Origin: an uncultured Acidobacteriota bacterium
GTDB lineage: Bacteria; Acidobacteriota; Terriglobia; Terriglobales; Acidobacteriaceae
Assembly (NCBI GenBank): GCA_963729915.1
Contig: CAVSQE010000019.1
Span: 42,292-106,291 of the forward strand
Direction: 5' to 3'
DNA length: 64,000 bases
The notes beneath the pieces are model-generated. The model searched no databases and was not told where the DNA came from. It was given only the letters and a program-made list of their open reading frames with translations. Below, in pieces: positions 37,545-46,667 of this stretch. How positions within the stretch are numbered: the stretch's first letter is position 1; each line of letters begins with the position of its first letter. Position numbers and translations under genes: made by a program.

Positions 37545-38063
37545 ATGGCTTCGGCGCGCAAATCCGTCATTGTGCGTAAGTTCTCGCGCGATTGGTGCGC
37601 GGGCTACGCGGGCGCGGAATTTGGGCAGCAGAAAGCTGAGCTGGAGTTTCTGGACCTGACCGGCAAGGTGGTCCGGATAGGTTGGGAGCAGGTGAAGTGG
37701 GTCTGCTATGTGCGGGACTTCCCTGCCGGATCGGCAGACCAGGCCAACCCTGAGCGCCTGGTACGCAAGCGATTTTCGCTGCGGCCGCGCACTGCTGGGC
37801 TCTGGTTGCGCCTGATCCTAGGCGATGGTGACGAGTTGGAGGGATTGGCAGCCAACGACCGTTCCCTGGTGGAAGGCGCCGGGCTCCTTCTGACTCCGCC
37901 GGATACGCGCTCGAATACCCAGCGGATCTTCGTGCCCAGGCAGGCCATACAGGCTCTCGAAGTGGTGAGTTTGATCGGGGCCGCGGGGCGGAAACGGGCT
38001 GAGACGCCGAGGCCGGGCGAAGAGCAGCCTGGGCTGTTCGGCGCCGAGGGAGAGACGGGCTAA
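37545..38063 (+). CDS. Hypothetical protein (172 aa)
   Basis: ORF with ATG at 37545 (the longer ORF starts at 37365). No recognised motif. Confidence 0.45.
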   Translation: MASARKSVIVRKFSRDWCAGYAGAEFGQQKAELEFLDLTGKVVRIGWEQVKWVCYVRDFPAGSADQANPERLVRKRFSLRPRTAGLWLRLILGDGDELEGLAANDRSLVEGAGLLLTPPDTRSNTQRIFVPRQAIQALEVVSLIGAAGRKRAETPRPGEEQPGLFGAEGETG

Positions 38064-38090
38064 GAGATGCCCTTTTCCTTCCTCACCCTC

Positions 38091-38120
38091 GGCACGACTA
38101 GAGCCGTGCCCTTTCAAAAC
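38091..38120 (+). repeat. 30-nt hairpin repeat element, copy 2
   Basis: GGCACGACTAGAGCCGTGCCCTTTCAAAAC. Overlaps the stop codon of the 38114-38878 gene. Confidence 0.8.
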
Positions 38121-38878
38121 CGCGGCCCGATTCTGTATGTCTTTATATGTACTTTCATCCGATATGGAATCTTGTCGCTGGTTAGTCTAACTAAATTGCC
38201 ATTTGCAGTCTGGCTAAAAATAAAATATTGACTGCTCGCCCACGTAGTCTGCTTTCCTTGAGCCGAACCAACAACGGCAAAATCTTCAACGCCATCTCCG
38301 TTGAAATCCCCCCGGGCAAGAATAGTGAGGACGTAGTAGTTATTTTCATCTTCCGCCAGTAGCCGATCATTTGTAACTGAAGTGATCTTCAACTTTGAGT
38401 TGTACTGCTGCCAACTAGTCCCGTTTTGTTCAGCCTTCTCAGCGGCATTTTCTACTTCTTTTGCTCCCACGATAAGGATTGGGGGAAGTTGATCTAAGGA
38501 GTTGGCTGTCCAATGGTACGAAATACCGGAGGTCGGTGAGCTAGCAGTCTGAAGGTCGCGAAGAACGTAGCATCGAAACACAAACGAGCCTGTTAGCTTC
38601 ACCACCAAGTTGTCCTTAGGGTGGAACCCGGCGCTTACAGAATCTAAAAAGTCCTGGCAAGTCTTGATTGTACGATCTGCGGTGCCATTTGTGTAGGTAA
38701 CTGCTGTCACCATATCAGGCAAGGGGGTTGACATAGCACTAGGGATGTCAGTTTGACTGCTTAGCTTAAGATCCGGTGACCATGTAACTTGGGCTACACC
38801 AGTTTGCACAGACATTACGCCGAACCACACAAGGCCGACTACGGTCGTCGCGGTTATGTGAATCAAACGGTTTTTCAT
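38114..38878 (-). CDS. Secreted hypothetical protein with one FG-GAP/VCBS-like motif, low-GC gene
   Basis: Signal-anchor MKNRLIHITATTVVGLVWFGVMSVQTGVAQ; motif ARGDFNGDGVEDFAVVGS. G+C is clearly below the neighbours. Confidence 0.55.
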   Translation of the reverse strand: MKNRLIHITATTVVGLVWFGVMSVQTGVAQVTWSPDLKLSSQTDIPSAMSTPLPDMVTAVTYTNGTADRTIKTCQDFLDSVSAGFHPKDNLVVKLTGSFVFRCYVLRDLQTASSPTSGISYHWTANSLDQLPPILIVGAKEVENAAEKAEQNGTSWQQYNSKLKITSVTNDRLLAEDENNYYVLTILARGDFNGDGVEDFAVVGSAQGKQTTWASSQYFIFSQTANGNLVRLTSDKIPYRMKVHIKTYRIGPRF

Positions 38879-39023
38879 GATCTTTGCTGTCCCCCTCTAA
38901 CCAGTTCTTATGTAACGGACCCGTGATTATCTCTCGCTAGTTGCCCACCGCTTGCAAGGTATACGTGTTATACGCCCCTTGCAGTAGATTACCGTCTGCC
39001 TTTGCTCCATCCTGCAAAGATTC

Positions 39024-40268
39024 TCAGGCGTTTTGCAGGGATGCGGCAAGCCGGGCGTCGAGCAGGCTTTTGTAGTAGTTGACGGTCAAGCCCACGACGC
39101 GCGATTCCACGTAGTGCTCTAAAATCCACACACGCGCTGACTGCCCCATGCGTCGGCGGCGTTTGGGATCGCGAATGAGCTTTGTCACCGCCTCATAAAT
39201 CGCCTCTGGATACCCCGGTGGAATGATCAGCCCGGTAATTTCGGGAAGAACAGAATCGCGCGCGCCGGTGCTTTCCGTGGTGACGACGGGGATCCCCGTA
39301 GCTGCCGCTTCCAGCACAACATTCGGGAAACCCTCGCGCCAGGTGGGCAGAACCAGCAGATCCATGGCGCGGTAATACGGTGCCGTGTCGGGGACAAATC
39401 CCGTGCAGTAGATGTTGGGATGATGCAGAATGCGCACCCTGAGACCTGGATCGAGCGCGTCTTCAGAGACATCGAACCAACCCACCAGCAGCAGGCGCGT
39501 CGAGGGTTCTGAGCAAAGAATCAGGTCGAAGGCTTCACAAAGTTCGGGCAGCCCTTTGTCGCGTGTCAGGCGACCCGCAAAGCCGATAACCGGGACGCTG
39601 CGCGGAATGCCCAGTCGCTCCCGGATCGGGCTTGGGCCGGGAGAAAAGCGATTGATATCGACGCCATTGCTGCTGCCCTCGCCTAACAAGTGGAGTTTGC
39701 TCAAGGGAGCTACACGCAACGCGAGGGTTTCGGTTCGCAGGCTTTCGCTGTTGCACAGCACCACGTGCGCGCAGCGCGCAGCCAAGCGCTCCGTGGCCAG
39801 CAGAATACGGCGCTTGAATCCCGATGTGGTTTGGAGCTTGAGACCGCGCAACATATAGACGCGCCGGGGAACGCCGCGCAGCCAGGCGGCGAGAGTACCC
39901 AACAAGCCGGCTTTCGGAGTGCTGAACTCGACTATGTCAGGCCGGCACTCTCCGATGAGCCGCCAAAGCCGATAGAGAGACACCAAATCGGCGAAGGGCG
40001 CGATGCCGCGCTGCATGGGGAGCGCAATCCTCTCTACGCCTTCACGCGAGGCGGTGATATCGAGCAAGGGCCCCGGACTGCAAAGCAACAGGACGCGGAA
40101 TCCGGCGTTGCGCAAGGCTCGCAAGCGCGCACCGAGCACAAGGCAGGTCTGCGCGTGCGTGACTCCAACGACGATGGTAGGCGGCTGGTTCCCGCGCGAC
40201 GCAGAAATGCAGAGATCATATGGCGCGGCATCTGCCATAAAAGGCCCGTGCCGGAAAGATTTCTCCAA
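39024..40268 (-). CDS. Glycosyltransferase family 4 (GT-B, RfaB-like)
   Basis: C-terminal GT1/GT4 motif LVLPTWREGFPNVVLEAAATGIPVVTTESTGARDSV. Confidence 0.8.
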   Translation of the reverse strand: MEKSFRHGPFMADAAPYDLCISASRGNQPPTIVVGVTHAQTCLVLGARLRALRNAGFRVLLLCSPGPLLDITASREGVERIALPMQRGIAPFADLVSLYRLWRLIGECRPDIVEFSTPKAGLLGTLAAWLRGVPRRVYMLRGLKLQTTSGFKRRILLATERLAARCAHVVLCNSESLRTETLALRVAPLSKLHLLGEGSSNGVDINRFSPGPSPIRERLGIPRSVPVIGFAGRLTRDKGLPELCEAFDLILCSEPSTRLLLVGWFDVSEDALDPGLRVRILHHPNIYCTGFVPDTAPYYRAMDLLVLPTWREGFPNVVLEAAATGIPVVTTESTGARDSVLPEITGLIIPPGYPEAIYEAVTKLIRDPKRRRRMGQSARVWILEHYVESRVVGLTVNYYKSLLDARLAASLQNA

Positions 40269-40421
40269 GGATTGGAGGCCGGCGCGCAGATCTTGGGAAG
40301 AAAAGTTGCAAGTGTAGCGGTGTGGGACATTGATAAGGGTTACCTAAGAAAGATTCAGTGATTGCCAACACATGGCTTGATGTGGGTATTGGGGGACAAT
40401 TACTTTCCTCTCAGGAAACCC

Positions 40422-41471
40422 ATGGAGCAACGCTCAAGAATTCTCCTGCTGACTCCTCGAAATGGCGGCGGCGGCGCACAGCATGTGATGGCGCTGGTAG
40501 CGCGCGGGCTGTCGCGGGAACGATTTGAGGTCCATCTGGGGTTGGTGCGGACTAAGGATGCCGGCGCCGGCGCGTTGCCGCCCTGGGTGACGGTCCATGC
40601 GCTGGGCGCCAAACGAACGCGCGACGCGACGCTTCCCCTGCTGCTGCTGGTGTGGCGGCTGCGGCCGGATGTGATTTTGTCGGGAGCGGCGGAAATCAGT
40701 TTTCTGGCGCTCTTTCTGCGGCCATTTTTGCCGCCAGGAACGCGCGTGCTGGTGCGGCAGAACGGGACGGTCTCTACTGCTTTGGCTCATGGTGGCGTGC
40801 CACGATACACGCGCTTGCTTTACCGACTGCTTTACCGGCGAGCCGATCGCGTGATCTGCCAGTCGCGGGCCATGGCCGAGGATCTGGCGCGCGAGACAAG
40901 AGTTCGGAGTGAGCAGATTGTGGTGCTGCCCAATCCCGTAGATCTCGAAGGAATTCTGGCCGCACGCAACGCTCCGTCGGCCTGGAGCGGCCCCGGCCCG
41001 CATTTGCTCGCCGTCGGAAGGCTGTCGCGGGAAAAAGGCTTCGATCTCCTGATTGAGGCGTTGGCTTCCCTGCGAAGCCGGTATCCAGAGGCCGACCTGA
41101 TTCTGGTCGGATCGGGCCGCGAGGAAGTGTCGCTCAAAGAGCTTTGCCGTTCGCTGGAAATCGATGCCGCAGTCCACTTTGCGGAACAGGTGGAGACTCC
41201 TTATGCGTTTTTCCGGGGAGCGACGCTGTTCGTGCTTTCATCGCGCTATGAAGGCATGCCCAACGCGTTGCTGGAGGCGGCCGCGGGGGGCCTGCCGCTT
41301 GTGTCCACGCCGGCGTCAGGCGGGGTGGTGGACCTGCTCAGTGGCCGACCGGGAGCGTGGTTAGCGACGGATGTCTCTGCGAGTGCTCTAACCGAAGCCT
41401 TAGAATTAGCTCTTGAGAGTCTCCATCCGGGAGACCGCTTCCACCACGGATTCTTCCCGTCAGCGGTCTAA
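40422..41471 (+). CDS. Glycosyltransferase family 4
   Basis: RILLLTPRNGGGGAQHV... and FVLSSRYEGMPNALLEAAAGGLPLVSTPASGGVVDLL. The ATG at 40422 is the likely start. Confidence 0.8.
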   Translation: MEQRSRILLLTPRNGGGGAQHVMALVARGLSRERFEVHLGLVRTKDAGAGALPPWVTVHALGAKRTRDATLPLLLLVWRLRPDVILSGAAEISFLALFLRPFLPPGTRVLVRQNGTVSTALAHGGVPRYTRLLYRLLYRRADRVICQSRAMAEDLARETRVRSEQIVVLPNPVDLEGILAARNAPSAWSGPGPHLLAVGRLSREKGFDLLIEALASLRSRYPEADLILVGSGREEVSLKELCRSLEIDAAVHFAEQVETPYAFFRGATLFVLSSRYEGMPNALLEAAAGGLPLVSTPASGGVVDLLSGRPGAWLATDVSASALTEALELALESLHPGDRFHHGFFPSAV

Positions 41472-41947
41472 AAAGGATCACGAGCGGCCTGGAATATGCC
41501 GTTCGGCGCGCCGCCGAACCCTGACGAGCCAGTATGGCCCAAAGTAAGAAACTGTCTATTTTTCCCATGTGCATTTTATCTCTTGACATTTTTTCGAGAC
41601 AGATGTTTCCTTACAGTACAGTTTTCCACCCCAAATGAACGACCTGCTACCAGGGTCACTCCTGTGTTGCTAACAGGGGGTTGGCTTCGACGGCGAAGGA
41701 TTGGGCGTGCCGGGCCACAGATACACCGGCTTACTTTCCATAGAGCATCGCCTCCCGTTGTCGAACCGGTCTCCCGTAAAAATTTCTCACGGTGCACGTC
41801 CATCTCAGCGCCAGGAACGCGCCGCTCGTCGAGACGAGCGCGCACATGCCGGCGTAGCTCCCGGGCACAATCATCGTGAAGCCGTCCACCTCGCCGCCTG
41901 CGCCAGTTCCAGCTTGCGACGTACAAACGAGGTCGCCGGAGGGGCCT

Positions 41948-42199
41948 ATGCTTCGTGATGGCTTTCGCTTTGCGCTTTCTTTCCTGCTGGTTGCCTTGTC
42001 GATCCCGTTGCTTGCGGTTTCGTTCTTGATCGTCGCCCTGTGCGCGGCGGTGGTTGCCATTCTTCCGGGATTCCCGAAACGTAACCATGGGGACGCCATT
42101 GCCCTGCAGAAACTGCGCGCGGTCGATGAGTTCGGTTTTGAAGAGGCTGTGAAGGCGTACGAGGATTTGATCGGCGCGTACGTGTGGAGGCAGCCATGA
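41948..42199 (+). CDS. Small membrane protein (83 aa), possibly a remnant of a sugar-transferase N-terminus
   Basis: MLRDGFRFALSFLLVALSIPLLAVSFLIVALCAAVVAILPG... The stop overlaps the next gene's ATG (ATGA at 42196-42199). Confidence 0.35.
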   Translation: MLRDGFRFALSFLLVALSIPLLAVSFLIVALCAAVVAILPGFPKRNHGDAIALQKLRAVDEFGFEEAVKAYEDLIGAYVWRQP

Positions 42200-43371
42200 G
42201 CCACGCAGCGATGGCGATTCCCGGCCTCGACCGGGTGGGCGGCGCCGAACAGCAGGCCATCTTGCTCGCCAAAGGGCTGCGGCGGCGTGGCTGGCGTGTG
42301 AGCATGGTGGCGCTTTCCGGCTCCGGCGGCGCCGCGGCGGCGGAGCTCGAGGGCGCAGGGGTCCGATTCCTGAGCCTCGAGATGCGCAAAGGGCTCGCCG
42401 ACCCGCGAGGATGGATTCGCTTCCAGCGCTGGCTTTGGCGCGAACAACCCGACGTGCTTCACGCGCACCTGCCGCACGCCGCGTGGCTGGCTCGCTGGTC
42501 GCGGCTGGCAGCGCCGGTTCCGCTGGTGGTGGACACGTTGCACAGCTCTTCAACGGGCGCAGCGGTACGGCATTTCGGCTATGCCTGCAGCCGCTGGCTT
42601 ACGGACCATGTAACGGCGGTGAGCGAGGCAACGGCCGCGTCGCACCGGGCCGCCGGGATGGTGAGCGGGAGCAAACTTTCAGTCATCGGGAACGGCATTG
42701 ACGTGGATCGATGGCGACCAGATGCACGGGCACGATTGGAGGCGCGAGAGGAGCTTGGAATCGGGAATGATTTCTTATGGCTGGCAGTGGGCCGCCTGGA
42801 AGTGGTGAAGGACTACTCAACGTTATTGAACGCTCTTGCGCGCGCTCCGAAGACGGCGCGGTTGCTGGTTCTCGGCGGAGGGCCGCTCAAAGCGGAGCTG
42901 AAAACCATGGCCGCGGAGCTAGGCCTCGGCCAGCGTGTGCGCTTTGCAGGCTTCGAACCAAACGTGGTGCGCTGGATGCGGGCTGCCGACGGATTTGTTC
43001 TGTCGTCACGCTACGAAGGACTGCCCATGGTTCTGCTGGAAGCGGGCGCTTGCGGGGTACCAGTTGTGGCTACCGATGTTCCCGGAACGCGCGAGGTGGT
43101 TGTGGATGGGGAGACGGGCTGGCTCACGCCTGCCGGAGATTCCGGGCGACTGGCGGCAGCGTTGCACTGGTTGATGCATACCCCGCTCAGGATACGGCAG
43201 ACAATGGGTATGCGGGCGCGGCAGCGCGTCGTCGAGCGCTACAGCCTGGAAGCCATACTGGACCGCTGGGAACGGCTTTATGCGGACTTGTTGGAGCGAA
43301 AGAACGCCGCCCGGCACCATCGCCTGCCGGCGTGGGAGATTTTGAGACGCCGCAGCGCACATTCAGCCTGA
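42196..43371 (+). CDS. Glycosyltransferase family 4
   Basis: IPGLDRVGGAEQQAILLAKGLRRRGW... and FVLSSRYEGLPMVLLEAGACGVPVVATDVPGTREVV. Confidence 0.8.
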   Translation: MSHAAMAIPGLDRVGGAEQQAILLAKGLRRRGWRVSMVALSGSGGAAAAELEGAGVRFLSLEMRKGLADPRGWIRFQRWLWREQPDVLHAHLPHAAWLARWSRLAAPVPLVVDTLHSSSTGAAVRHFGYACSRWLTDHVTAVSEATAASHRAAGMVSGSKLSVIGNGIDVDRWRPDARARLEAREELGIGNDFLWLAVGRLEVVKDYSTLLNALARAPKTARLLVLGGGPLKAELKTMAAELGLGQRVRFAGFEPNVVRWMRAADGFVLSSRYEGLPMVLLEAGACGVPVVATDVPGTREVVVDGETGWLTPAGDSGRLAAALHWLMHTPLRIRQTMGMRARQRVVERYSLEAILDRWERLYADLLERKNAARHHRLPAWEILRRRSAHSA

Positions 43372-44066
43372 ATGCGCGCGGCTAGGGTCAAGGTGGCAGG
43401 CTGAAGTTGGAAGAGTACGCGATCAAGAGAAGTGAACTGCGCTGCGTGAACGGCAAGAAAGCTGTGGAAGGCTGCAATTTCCGATTCACGGGCGGTGTTG
43501 GGGTGGACGCAGATGGTCCAAAGGCCGCGGTCTTTCTCGACCGGGGCCCAGAGCTGTTGCGGAATCCAGGTAAAGCCCCTGCGAAGGACCGGAGCGCGCG
43601 TAAAACCGTCGGATAAAACGAGGATTCCCTCATCACCCAGGACTGCGAGCGTGTTGGCATCGAAGCCGTGGCGCGGAGCGACCCAGAGCTTCGGATCGAG
43701 GCCGTGGCCGCGCAGGATGCGCATGCCTTCGCCGATCCACGCCCGCTGCATTGCAGCCGAGACGCCAGCAAACTCCGAGACGCGATGCAGATCGACCAGG
43801 CTGGGGCCGCGGCTTGCGCACAAATGACGGTAGCCGTGGAGACCAATCGTTGCTCCTACGGCTTCGAGAGCGCGCATGCGGCCCCAAAAGGCCGGGTCGG
43901 GTGGAGAGACCTGCAACTCCGTGTCCTGATTGTCGGGGACGACGGCTAGGATCGGCTGCAGGTGGAACTCTTCGATCAGCGATTGCATCTGCTGCCAGCG
44001 CTCGGCGCAGATGGTGGGGCATAGATCGTCAATGCGGAGCAGGTATTGCGCGGGAGACGCGATCAT
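43278..44066 (-). CDS. DUF2334 / polysaccharide-deacetylase-like protein
   Basis: MIASPAQYLLRIDDLCPTICAERW...ILAVVPDNQD...GLHGYRHL. The start overlaps the upstream gene stop (ATGA at 44063-44066). The upstream part of ORF 43278-44489 is spurious. Confidence 0.6.
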   Translation of the reverse strand: MIASPAQYLLRIDDLCPTICAERWQQMQSLIEEFHLQPILAVVPDNQDTELQVSPPDPAFWGRMRALEAVGATIGLHGYRHLCASRGPSLVDLHRVSEFAGVSAAMQRAWIGEGMRILRGHGLDPKLWVAPRHGFDANTLAVLGDEGILVLSDGFTRAPVLRRGFTWIPQQLWAPVEKDRGLWTICVHPNTARESEIAAFHSFLAVHAAQFTSLDRVLFQLQPATLTLAARIQAECALRRLKISHAGRRWCRAAFFRSNKSA

Positions 44067-45418
44067 GCGGCTGCCTCCTGCGCGGAGGCGCGCGCCAGCA
44101 GCTTGCGGCTCCAATACCAGAGATAAAAGAAGGTGCTCACGGTCCAGAGCGAGGTGGCAAGGGCGATTCCGGGCACGCCAAACCAGTGCATGAGGACGAG
44201 ATTGAGCACGATATCGAGGCCCAGGTTGAGGATGCCGCAGTAGAGGACCAGATCGGTGCGGCGCATTGCGACGATTAGGCGATAGTAGACGCGGCTGGTG
44301 ACATAGAAAGGAATTTGAACGGCGTACATGGCAAGCACCGTGGCCACGATGGCAGTGTCGTGCGGGCCGAAGCGGCCATGCTGATAGGCGATGCGGACGA
44401 GCGGCCGTGCGCAAGCGATGAGAAGGACCGCGATGGGGATCGAGACCAGCGCGGTAAGCCCAACCCAGGTGCGGACGGTGTGGCGGCATCCGGCCCAGTC
44501 GCGGTGAGCGATCATGCGCGAAAAGTAGGGCACGATGGCGGTGGAAACCGTGCCGGCCAGCAGCGCGAGCACGACACTGACGAAACGATTGGCGTAGACC
44601 AGAGCCGAAACACTGCCCGCAGGCAACATGGCGGCCATCGACTGATCGACGAGCAGACCGCCTGAGGCGACCACACTGCTGAGCAATATAGGACCATATT
44701 GCCCGGCGACCTCACGCGTGGCCGGGTTCATGCCATGCCAGCGCAAATGGAATTGGTAGCCGTGGGCTTGCATCATCCACGCAACGATGATGACGTGCAG
44801 CAATGAACCGGCAAGAGTGGCATAGACCATGGCCCAGATGCCGAATCGGCTGCCAAGGAGTAGCGCGCCGACGAGTACGGAGATGGAGATGACTGCCGGC
44901 GCGAGAGCGGGAAGGACGAAGCGATCGAGCGTGTTCAGAATCGCGGTGCAGTTGGTGGCGATGCCGGTGAGAAGGACGATGGGCAAGAGTCCGTAGAAGA
45001 TTCGAATGGAAAGCGCGAGCTTGACGGGCGAGAAGTTGGAAGCGATGAGCGGGAAGAAGCCGTGGGCGAGAAGCGCCATGAGAGCGGACGCCAGGCCAAG
45101 AAGCAGGCACATCGACAGCATCGAATTCGAGAGCAGTTGCTGGGCGCGTTCGCGGCCCTCTTGTTCCCTCACCCGAACCAGCGTGGGCACGAGCGCCTGA
45201 TTCATGGATTCCGAGATGAGGTTGACGAGCAAGCTGGGAATGAGCGCCGCGGCGAGAAAGGCGTCCATGGCATCGGAGCGGCCATAGACAGAAGCGACAC
45301 CGATTTCCTTGGCGGTGGCGATGAGCTTGACGAGGATGCCCGCTGTACCAACAGAGATGACGGCGCGCAGGATGCCGCGATGCACGGTGGAGGATCGGGT
45401 GAGCGCGGCAATCGGCAT
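44063..45418 (-). CDS. MurJ/MviN-family (MOP superfamily) flippase, probably polysaccharide unit flippase
   Basis: VKLIATAKEIGVASVYGRSDAMDAFLAAALIPSLLVNL is MurJ-like. Roughly 12-14 TM helices. Confidence 0.78.
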   Translation of the reverse strand: MPIAALTRSSTVHRGILRAVISVGTAGILVKLIATAKEIGVASVYGRSDAMDAFLAAALIPSLLVNLISESMNQALVPTLVRVREQEGRERAQQLLSNSMLSMCLLLGLASALMALLAHGFFPLIASNFSPVKLALSIRIFYGLLPIVLLTGIATNCTAILNTLDRFVLPALAPAVISISVLVGALLLGSRFGIWAMVYATLAGSLLHVIIVAWMMQAHGYQFHLRWHGMNPATREVAGQYGPILLSSVVASGGLLVDQSMAAMLPAGSVSALVYANRFVSVVLALLAGTVSTAIVPYFSRMIAHRDWAGCRHTVRTWVGLTALVSIPIAVLLIACARPLVRIAYQHGRFGPHDTAIVATVLAMYAVQIPFYVTSRVYYRLIVAMRRTDLVLYCGILNLGLDIVLNLVLMHWFGVPGIALATSLWTVSTFFYLWYWSRKLLARASAQEAAA

Positions 45419-45431
45419 GACGGCGCGGCTT

Positions 45432-46664
45432 TCAGGAACTCGGCTGCGCCGCCAATGGCAGCGCGGGAGCGGCGACTGAGCGCGGGGGCGCAGACTGGAA
45501 ACAAGCGGCTAAACCGCGCGGGTTTTCTTCGGAAAGGCGCGCGGCGAGAAGGACGATGCCGAAGAGCAGCCAGGTGGTGCGGTTCTCCTCGACCGTGGCG
45601 ATGAGCGAGGTAACGGCCCACACAAGCAGGCACGTGACCAACGCGAGACGCAGAGGACCTCGGGTTTGGAGCGTCGCACGAACCGCAAGAACAAGAAGCA
45701 GCGACGCGAGAAGCAACGCGCAGAGCCCTCCGCCAACCAGAATGGACAACACGGTGTTGTGCGCGGTGTCGATGGGCGAAAGATGCGCGGCCGCAACAAA
45801 GGAACCGACTCCAGTGCCGAAAAGCGGCGCGTGTACGAAGGCGCGCCAGCCAGCCGACCAGATGTTGAGGCGCTGATTTAAATCGCCGCTGCGCAACTGC
45901 TCTGGGATGGTCGCGAGACGGTCGATGGTGCCGCGGGGAAGGATGAACCAGAGGGCAGCGAGAAAAGGCGGCAGAGCGAAGAGGCCGGCGGCGACGCGAC
46001 GGGCGTGACCTTGGGCCAGGAGAAGAAAGCAGCCCGCGAGAGCCACGAGAGCGGCTAGGAATCCGCTGCGGGAGGCGGTAAGCAAAACCGCTACGATGCC
46101 GAGCGGCAGAAATCCGATGGCCATGAGGCGCAGTGGCCAGCGGCGCTCGCAATGCACGAGGAGGGCGGTGAGCGGAAAGCCGAGATCGAGAAAACGAGCC
46201 ACTTCATTGGGGTCCTGACCGTAGGCGGCAAAGCGGATCTGGCCGGTGGCGATGGCCTCAGGCGAGCGAAAGGCGAGCAGGGTGAGCGCGGCCAGAACCC
46301 ACGATCCGGCGACGGTGGCGCGCAACAAGTTGCGCAGGTCGGCCGGCGTGTCGGCGAACTCCCACACCAGCCAGACGATCATCATCTCCTGAAAATAGCC
46401 GCGCAGTTTTTCGAGCGTAACGACGGAATCGATGGACCAGAAACACGTGCAGCAAAACCAGAGATAGAGCGCGAGGGTGAGCCAGCAGAATGCGTTGGGA
46501 GTGCGGATGCGACCGGCTTGAAAAATCGCAGGAATGGCCGCGAGCAGGACCAGCAGACCGACGATGCGAGCCACGTTGCCCAGCGGCTCACCGAGATCGA
46601 GGGAGTACTCCCAGGGGATGGCGAAGGCCAGAAGCAGCAGCAGAATCCATGCAATCTTTCGCAT
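45432..46664 (-). CDS. O-antigen ligase / Wzy-like polymerase family membrane protein
   Basis: Polytopic membrane protein with a central Wzy_C-like loop (SRSGFLAALVALAG...), within a polysaccharide locus. Confidence 0.7.
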   Translation of the reverse strand: MRKIAWILLLLLAFAIPWEYSLDLGEPLGNVARIVGLLVLLAAIPAIFQAGRIRTPNAFCWLTLALYLWFCCTCFWSIDSVVTLEKLRGYFQEMMIVWLVWEFADTPADLRNLLRATVAGSWVLAALTLLAFRSPEAIATGQIRFAAYGQDPNEVARFLDLGFPLTALLVHCERRWPLRLMAIGFLPLGIVAVLLTASRSGFLAALVALAGCFLLLAQGHARRVAAGLFALPPFLAALWFILPRGTIDRLATIPEQLRSGDLNQRLNIWSAGWRAFVHAPLFGTGVGSFVAAAHLSPIDTAHNTVLSILVGGGLCALLLASLLLVLAVRATLQTRGPLRLALVTCLLVWAVTSLIATVEENRTTWLLFGIVLLAARLSEENPRGLAACFQSAPPRSVAAPALPLAAQPSS

Positions 46665-46667
46665 TGC

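Noticed and set aside
43278-43371. 94-nt convergent overlap between the third glycosyltransferase and the DUF2334 gene as a regulatory antisense arrangement
   Set aside because: Both C-terminal tails in the overlap are poorly structured sequence. One stop may simply be read through in the ORF track relative to the functional end, so there is no independent evidence of regulation.
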